Positions 55,609 to 64,000 of a stretch of DNA of 64,000 bases are shown piece by piece. A program made the translations under genes and the position numbers. Every line of letters starts with the position of its first letter. The first letter of the stretch is position 1. The notes beneath the pieces were generated by a model. It had not been told where the DNA came from and ran no database searches. It was given only the letters and a program-made list of their open reading frames with translations. This DNA is from Octopus vulgaris (taxonomy: Eukaryota), in contig OX597816.1 in assembly GCA_951406725.2 (NCBI GenBank), forward strand, positions 164,858,001-164,922,000. Direction: 5' to 3'.

Positions 55609-55742
55609 TTGTAGAGTTTTCATGTCTGATGATTTTTTCGACGGCTCTAATCTGTTCATAGCTTTCATTTTTCCTCAAGTCGTATTCACCAGCTACAACT
55701 GTCCAATAATTGGTATCATTAAGATGGTTGAACGCGATCGCG
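55609..55742 (-). CDS. Trypsin-like serine protease exon
   Basis: Acceptor tttctggtag, donor gtaagt, phase 2 to 1. AIAFNHLNDTNYWTVVAGEYDLRKNESYEQIRAVEKIIRHENST. Confidence 0.92.
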
Positions 55743-56266
55743 CTACCAGAAATGAAACAACAATAAAGTTAATCTAAAACCACGAGATAAACATAGAATT
55801 TTACGCGCTTAAATCTTGTTCAAGTATGAAAGATATTTTAACCGGTAAAGACCTTTAACTACAGTTTGTCGTGAAGAAAAGTCTTTCTTTAGATCCAAGC
55901 GCAATAAAACATCATAGTCAGTTTAGAGCACTTTCTATTGCATTGGTGAATGAATTTCGAACTCGTTATTTCTCTTCAGTACCAGACACCAACAAAGACA
56001 ACACTGATTTGACAAGAAAACTTTGCTTCCTTTATCGTAAATTAGTCAGCAATATTGGTCTTAAGGTCGTATATAATTAGGCATACTTAATTTCCTTGGA
56101 ACTAAGCTGGAACTAAAAAATTCTTTTTTACTTCCAGTTTTCTGTCACCATTATCCCAATCTCTGGTAACCATAGTATAAAATTGCGTGACAACCATTTT
56201 TTATATGTCAATTGATGTGGCACTTGTGAAAGTAGGTACATCGTAATCGGAATTACGATAACTTAC

Positions 56267-56281
56267 CACCAGGGTGCGCCA
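56267..56281 (-). CDS. Candidate 15-nt symmetric micro-exon of the protease
   Basis: ttttattttgtacaag|TGGCGCACCCTGGTG|gtaagt, phase 2 to 2, adds GAPWC in frame. Confidence 0.3.
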
Positions 56282-56366
56282 CTTGTACAAAATAAAATTT
56301 TATTTCGGATTTCTCAGTTAAAATGTATATATATATATATATAAATATATATGTATTGAAACTTAC

Positions 56367-56568
56367 TTAAAACAGTGTGCAGCAGATAAGACCCACTGTG
56401 GATGGATTAAAATGCCACCGCAGAGATGTTTGAAACCGGATTTTACTTGGAAAGGATGATTCCCTGCGAAATATAAGGACACCAACCAAGGAAAGTCGCC
56501 AGGAGTTATTCTTTCGCCACCAACAACTCTTTTATGACGGTGGTGATGCTTTCGCCCATGAATCTCAC
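56367..56568 (-). CDS. Trypsin-like serine protease exon (propeptide, activation site, catalytic His)
   Basis: Acceptor ttctcgtttcag, donor gtaagt, phase 1 to 2. [13 protein letters not shown]|[53 protein letters not shown]. Confidence 0.95.
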
Positions 56569-56780
56569 CTGAAACGAGAACAAAATTTTTAGCGTGTCGG
56601 ACAAAATGCTTAGCGGCATTTCTTTCGGTTTTACGTTATGATTTCAGATTATGCCGAGGCCGAATTTGCATTTCGTTCTTTCGAGGTCGATAAATCAAGT
56701 ACCAGTGGAACATTTGGGTTAATGCAATCGAGTAGTCACCCTCCTCACAAATTTCAGGCCTTGTGCCTTTAGTAGAAAGG

Positions 56781-56870
<90 letters not shown>

Positions 56871-57417
56871 GAGTGAGAGAGCAGTGCATGCCATCAAAGT
56901 GACACTGGGATAAATATACGAAGCCCAGTATACCCATCATGACTACCCGTCTGATAAGGGTACACTAGACACATGCATCACAACCATATGTGCACAACAT
57001 GGTGATCGCATATCAAGATAAACAGCATTTGACCTTGCAGGTGGGGCCCAGTTAGAATTTTCTTCTGGTCGAGTAACCCATCCTGCTCAAAAGGTTCCTG
57101 AATAAGGGTTGTTTAAGGATGTTGAACGAAACACCCATGTTTCCAGAGGTGAATTATCCAAACCCCAAAGAATCCCTCTCGACACATAGCTATGATGCTC
57201 CGCAACTACTTCTGCTTGTGATCCGAGATGCACATATCGCCAGCCGCTAAGGGACATGCTCAACTGGTTAAGGTCAAACAACTGACAAGCAAATCTATGG
57301 TATTGAGCAGAATATTTGCTGTAGCCCATCTTTTATACCAAGACAAAACAATGTACATGATAACACTTCCATTCAGTTAAGATCAGAAGCCATGAGAGCC
57401 ACTGCCTGGTACTGCTG

Positions 57418-57418
<1 letters not shown>
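56871..57418 (-). mobile_element. Non-coding retroelement inserted in (ATT)n/(CAT)n (Dong/R4-type target preference)
   Basis: Bounded by trinucleotide tracts. A truncated second copy lies at 63421-63521, also inside (ATT)n. Confidence 0.5.
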
Positions 57419-57486
<68 letters not shown>

Positions 57487-57514
57487 TATTATTATTATTA
57501 TTATTATTAGTATT

Positions 57515-57545
<31 letters not shown>

Positions 57546-57550
57546 GTATT

Positions 57551-57587
<37 letters not shown>

Positions 57588-57694
57588 GTATTAGTATTAT
57601 TATTACTATTACTATTACTATTAGTATTACTATTACTATTACTATTACTATTACTATTACTATTATTATTATTATTATTAGTAGTAGTAGTAGT

Positions 57695-57787
<93 letters not shown>

Positions 57788-58856
57788 TATTGTCTTTGTA
57801 CAGCTTCTATCGCTGGGGATGTACTACGGTGCCAGCTGTTTTCTACCAGTGAACTAAGGTAACACCCCTTATTTTTCGATTATTATATTTGGCTTTTGCT
57901 TTGTATTTGTACAAGTTGACTCCAAATTTCACCTAGAGACCTCAATAGACAACAAGTTAGAAGTCTGAGTTGTGTCATGACTAGGGTGCCATATTTTGGG
58001 ATTTGCACAGAGTATTGTTCTAGAGAATGTCTGTCAAAACATGTGAAATTTAGGAGTTTGTTTGTTTGTTTGTTCGATTGGCAGTAGTGAATATTACTCC
58101 GAGGCTTTCAACCCGTAAGTACTGTTTAGAGAGGTCGATTTCGCTTGATAAAGAAGCCGGTAACTGCGTGGTTTTTAAGCTGGCAGAAACGTTAGCGCGC
58201 AGGGCGAAATGCTTAGTGGGTATGTCACCTGCCGTTACGTTCTGAGTTCAAATTCCGCCGAGGTCGACTTTGCCTTTCATCCTTTCGGGGTCGATAAATT
58301 AAGTACCAGTTACGCTCTTGGATCGATGTAATCGACTTAATCCGTTTGACTGTCCTTGTTTGTCCTCTCTGTGTTTAGCCCCTTGTGGGTAGTAAAGAAA
58401 TAGAAATAGGTATTTCGTCTGCCGTAACGTTCTGAGTTCAAATTCCGCTGAGGTCAACTTTGCCTTTCATCCTTTCGGGATCGATAAATAAAGTACCAGT
58501 TACGCACAGGGATCGATGTAATCGACTTAATCTCTTTGTTTGTCCCCTCTTGTGGGCAATAAAGAAATATATTTCCAGTAGGCTAACTCTCAATATAAAC
58601 TCATTAGAACACCCACTTTTATGTCTTACTGGGATAGAGTCAAAGGAAATTGTGTCCGCTAAAGCGTATCCAGAACTAAAAAGCTTAAGAGAATTTCTGA
58701 AACATTATTCTAGTGACAACGGAAGGTTGAGTGGGAAAACTGGCCCTGGGGGCGTTTGAAATCGGAACGTCAAGTGCCGTTACTGAAGGTCGCAGTATAA
58801 ACTGGTAGCTTGCAACTTTAGGATATGCATCTTCAAGGTTTAAAAAAAATACTCAC

Positions 58857-58865
58857 AAACGCCTT
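58857..58865 (-). CDS. Candidate 9-nt micro-exon of the protease proregion (or 3' end of a signal-peptide exon 58857-58905)
   Basis: ttttctttcctattaattgttcatgcag|AAGGCGTTT|gtgagt, phase 1 to 1, gives xGVC joined to EIHG. Confidence 0.45.
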
Positions 58866-58905
58866 CTGCATGAACAATTAATAGGAAAGAAAAGGCGCCG
58901 AGAAC

Positions 58906-59118
58906 ACTCTTTTACTCTTTTACTCTTTTACTTGTTTCAGTCATTTGACTGCGGCCATGCTGGAGCACCACCTTTAGTCGAGCAAATCGACCCCAGGACT
59001 TATTCTTTGTAGGCCTAATACTTATTCTATCGGTCTCTTTTGCCGAACCGCTAAGTTACGGGGACGTAAACACACCGGCATCGGTTGTCAAGTGATGTTG
59101 GGGGGAAACACAGACACA

Positions 59119-59155
<37 letters not shown>

Positions 59156-59334
59156 TTATATACATATATACGACAGGCTTCTTTCAGTTTGCGCCTACCA
59201 AATCCACTCACAAGGCTTTGGTCGGCCCGAAGCTATAGTAGAAGACACTTGCCCAAGGTGCCACGCAGTGGGACTGAACCCGGAATCATGTGGTTGATAA
59301 GCAAGGTACTTACCACACAGCCACTCCTGTGCCT
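58906..59334 (-). mobile_element. SINE family A (full length, young)
   Basis: Close to consensus, with a (AAAAGAGT)3 tail. Confidence 0.9.
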
Positions 59335-61117
59335 ATATATGTTTAGGGGTACTTCTTCCGGTTTTATGTCTCTAGTTCAAATTTCGCCGAGGTTGACTTT
59401 GCCTTTTATCCTCCCAAGGTTGATAAAATACGCATCAGTTCCCCCCACTTCCCTCAAAATTGCTGGCCTTGTGCCAAAATTAGAAAGGATTGGAATGATT
59501 TAACATGAATGTGAATGCTCACGTACTTGATTGCGTGCGCCAAGATATTTTAATCAACTCTAATGATGCACCCTTAATGATGAGAAAAATTAATTAATTG
59601 AATGACTAATTCTGCTTTGAAAAGACAGTTAAGACACCCACTGAATTTAAACTGATTAAAATTAATTAAATGCAGAATGCAGCGGGGGAGAGGAGTGGGC
59701 GTAATGTTTGGTCATATTAAATAAACGCTGTGGTGTGGCAATTTATCACACTCTCAGACAACAACAGAAAATTCAATAAACGCAGAACACGTGAAAAAGA
59801 AATATTTGATTTGGTTTTAATTGGTACAAAGAATTTCTTTGGCAGAATCGTTAGACCATTGCAGAAAATGCTTTCCGACATTTCTTTCCGTTGATGTTCC
59901 GAGTTCCAGTCCCGCCGATGTCAGCTTTTCCGTTTGAGCTCGATAAAAAATGTACCAGTGGAACACTGGGTTCTTTTTAATTGACTTCCACTTTCTTCAA
60001 AACAGTGCAAAGCTGCCCCCACCCGAACTGATATTAATTAAACATTCTTTTCTACTCTAGGAACAATGCCCGAAATTTATGGGGAGGATTCCAGTCGGTT
60101 AGATTGATCCCAGTATGCAACTGGTACTTAATTTATCGACCCCGAAAGGATGAAAGGCAAAGTCGACCTTGGCGGAATTTGAACACGGAACGTAAAGACA
60201 GATTAAATAGCTATTTCTTTACTACTCACAAGGGGCTAAACATAGAGGGACAAACAAGGACAGACAGACGGATTAAGTCGATTATATCGACCCCACAGCG
60301 TAACTGGTACTTAATTAATCGACCCAGAAAGGATGAAAGGCAAAGTCGACCTCGGCGGAATTTGAACTCAGAACGTAACGGCAGACGAAATACTGCTAAG
60401 CATTTCGCCCGGCGTGCTAACGTTCCTGCCAGCTCGCCGCCATGATATTGATTAAATATTGAATGTAGTCGGGGGTGGTGAGTGAGTGTTATGTTTCAGT
60501 TAATTAAGCAAACAATATGTTGTTGCGATTTGTCACACTTTCAGACAACATCAAACTAAATAAACGTGGAACAGGTGGAAAAGAAATAATTGATTTGGTT
60601 TAAGTATAAGTAATTTCTTTAACAGAATCGTTTGAGTTTCACACAAAATGCTTAACGGCATTTCTACCGACTTATCCGTCGGTCAGAGTTCATATGTCAC
60701 CGAATTCAACTTTACCATTCATTTTGTCGTCATCATCATCATCAATCCCTGAATATTACTGTTTCAAGTCCTATGACTCATGGGACCACTTACTCGATTT
60801 GCCTTGGCGTCCCTCCAAAACTGCGATCGTGAGTACAATACTCTCACCACTAGGTCACGTGCCTCCTTTTACCGAGAGCAATAAAATCTACTTTCAATTG
60901 TAGGCAAAATGCCTGAAATTTGTGAGGAGGGGAAACGATTACATCAATCCCAGTGATCAAGTTGTACTTAATTTATCGATCCCAAAAAGGATGAAAGCAA
61001 AGTCGACTTCGGCGGAATTTGAACTCAGAACGTAGAGATGAACGAAATACCACAAAGTATTTTGTCCGACGTGCTAAGGATTCTCCCAGCTCGCAGTTTT
61101 CGGGAACAATGAAATAT

Positions 61118-61547
61118 AGGCGCAGGAGTAGCTGTGTGGTAAATAGCTTGCTAACCAACCACATGGTTCCGGGTTCAGTCCCACTGCGTGGCATCTTGGG
61201 CAAGTGTCTTCTGGTATAGCCTCGGGCCGACCAATGCCTTGTGAGTGGATTTGGTAGACGGAAACTGAAAGAAGCCTGTCGTATATATGTATATATATAT
61301 ATATGTATATATGTGTATGTGTGTGCGTGTTTATGTGTGTCTGTGTTTGTCTCCCTAGCATCGCTTGACAACCGATGCCGGTGTGTTTACGTTCCCGTCA
61401 CTTAGCGGTTCGGCAAAAGAGACCGATAGAATAAGTACTGGGCTTACAAAGAATAAGTCCCGGAGTCGATTTGCTCGACTAAAGGCGGTGCTCCAGCATG
61501 GCCGCAGTCAAATGACTGAAACAAGTAAAAAAGTAAAAGAGTAAGAG
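61118..61547 (+). mobile_element. SINE family A (full length, young)
   Basis: tRNA-like head, internal (TG)n, AAAAGAGT-type tail. Confidence 0.9.
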
Positions 61548-62195
61548 TATAGTACCAGTGGTGTATTGGGGGTTATTTAATCGCATTATCTGATACATTT
61601 GTATTTGACATTTTCACTCAACATTGAGGTGCTTTTTAGGGTTAGCCACCAGACGGTATTTTTATCGAGACATCATCTCTAGTAAGATTGTCGACCAAGA
61701 CTGCAGAGCTCTTACTACCCATAAGTTGGGCCTGTTCCCTTCGAATTTCTGTGTGTTGAAGACCATGATCACGATTCTCACTAAGTAACAGGTGAGCGTC
61801 AGTTGGTCCCATATCATCCGGATATTGCTCCGGTGTTAAGTCCCGATTCGCGGTTCGTTCGTCTTCATCCCAGGCATGGAGCCGTTGGACGCTGACAGAT
61901 TGTCACCACTGTGCCTAAGGAGTCCTATCTACCCCAGTTTTAAATCAGAGTATTCCTTCTCCCAGACAGACTGCCAACCAAGGCTAACGAGTTCTGTCTC
62001 CGAGTTTTCAGAATGGCCATGGACTCTTCTGAGTTCCTCTGCCCTTTGCCGGGTTTTGTTTTTAATCCCCGCAGGATGTCAAAAATGCCTCCTCATAACC
62101 AAGCAAACCCAGTGGGGTTGCCGGTTTAGTCGCCACTTGTTAATCATTTTGGGTAATTATCAATCTGGGTAATTACTTGTTCACTATTACAATTT

Positions 62196-62253
<58 letters not shown>

Positions 62254-62273
62254 GCTACTACTACTACTACTAT

Positions 62274-62316
<43 letters not shown>

Positions 62317-62326
62317 GCTGCTGCTG

Positions 62327-62379
<53 letters not shown>

Positions 62380-62380
62380 T

Positions 62381-62430
<50 letters not shown>

Positions 62431-62431
<1 letters not shown>

Positions 62432-62663
62432 TCATCTCAATCGAAGGAGAGGAGCTTTCTCCGTCCGGGTTGCGGATCCGTGGAACAAGCTGCCAGACGA
62501 GATGGTGAAGATGCCGACGACCGCTTTGTTCAAAGCCTCCCTGGACCTCAAGTGGCCTGAACTCTTTACATGAACACCACCCTGTACTTAACTCCATGTC
62601 CCCCTACATGGCCTTGCTATTTGCTTTTGAGCCAAATTAACTAACTAACTAACTAACTAACTA
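62431..62663 (+). mobile_element. CR1/L2-clade LINE extreme 3' end with (CTAA)n tail
   Basis: HLNRRRGAFSVRVADPWNKLPDEMVKMPTTALFKASLDLKWPELFT*, then a short UTR and (ctaa)6. Confidence 0.85.
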
Positions 62664-63562
62664 TAGTTCCTACCCTATCTTATTTTCTTGTTCACTACTG
62701 TAGTTTCATAATTATTACTACACATATGTTATTACTAGAAGGCCGAGGGGTTTTAATATTGTTTCCCCTGATTTCGTTAGACAAATAATGGCAGATTTAT
62801 GGCTGTTGGTTTAGCTACTGCTGATGCTGCGGCGTTCAATAGAGAAGCGGGTTTGTTGTGTCTACTAATACAGGCTGTTTGATTGGACTGCTACTTGACA
62901 TGCCTGGCGGTGAATTGGGGGCAGGAGCGGGGTGTTTTTGAAAGTAGCGTCGACAAGTCAGAACTAGCAAAGCTAAGATATAGAAATTTATAAACATCTT
63001 AAAGTTAAAAAAAGGAACAAAAAAAACATAGTATAACACATCACATCGTATTTATGATAAAGGAATCTATCAATAGAAAATCACATTGTAGTTAAGATGT
63101 AAAAAAAAAAATCTCTAAACATCTCAAAGTTTTAGCAAACTTATGGAAAAGTTATGGAAAGGCTTACACATTTTGGGAGAGAGCTGTTAAATGGCTATCC
63201 TATTGTGTGACTGCCCTGAGAATCAATTGGAAGATGAGGGAGTGTAGAGAGAGAGGGGGGGTGAAGAGGAAGCAGGTAGGTAAGCTCGCTAAAATTCCAG
63301 CGTGGACACGAATGTATAGAAATCTAGATTTTTTGGAAGGACCTAGCATAGCTAAGATATAGAAATGTATAAACATTTCAAAGTTGTGTTATTATTACTA
63401 CTACTACTATTATTATTATTGAGTGAGAGAGCAGTTCATGCCATCAAAATATACGAAGCCCAATATACCCATCATGACTACCCGTCTGATAAAGGTACAC
63501 CAGACACATGCATCACAACCATATTATTATTATCATCATCATTATTATTATTTTTATTATCA

Positions 63563-63624
<62 letters not shown>

Positions 63625-63630
63625 GTTATA

Positions 63631-63689
<59 letters not shown>

Positions 63690-63718
63690 CATTATTATTA
63701 TTATTATTATTATTATTG

Positions 63719-63814
<96 letters not shown>

Positions 63815-63854
63815 GTTATTATTATCATTATTATTATTATTATTATTATTGTTA

Positions 63855-63900
<46 letters not shown>

Positions 63901-63908
63901 CATTATTA

Positions 63909-63940
<32 letters not shown>

Positions 63941-63952
63941 TGTTTTCCTTAC

Positions 63953-64000
63953 TTGTGTTTGAGACTATTGTCTCAACTTCTGTATTCACTGATTGTATTT
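63953..64000 (-). CDS. Possible upstream protease exon, truncated by the window edge
   Basis: Donor CAA|gtaagg. Open frame IQSVNTEVETIVSNT ending in phase 1, compatible with the downstream exons. Confidence 0.3.

Noticed and set aside
62836-63039. ORF with signal-peptide-like MFINFYILALLVLT as protease exon 1
   Set aside because: No suitable donor was found, and the same sequence is repeated at about 63345-63385, suggesting a repeat.

Overview
Eukaryotic, AT-rich, extremely repeat-dense DNA. The microsatellite load and SINE families suggest a cephalopod (Octopus-like) genome, which is an inference. Almost all ORFs in the supplied track are artefacts of simple repeats. One real host gene is supported: a spliced, minus-strand trypsin-like S1A serine protease with five core exons between 45999 and 56568. 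It has an intact His/Asp/Ser triad, Asp189 and a His-rich RHKR|VVGG activation site. It also has two candidate micro-exons and probably a 5' exon running off the right edge. The rest is a nested mosaic of at least three tRNA-derived SINE families, a decayed Penelope-like element (RT + GIY-YIG), R4/Dong-like and CR1/L2-like LINE ends, mariner/Tc1/pogo/hAT DNA transposon remnants, non-autonomous Helitrons and minisatellites. The most notable hidden layer is about a dozen minimal hammerhead-ribozyme-like motifs, several with recurrent non-canonical cores. They sit in short non-coding elements with tandem or inverted terminal duplications, usually beside (TA)n tracts, suggesting several families of non-autonomous Penelope-type (retrozyme-like) elements. 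All calls were made by eye without database searches, and mobile-element boundaries are approximate.
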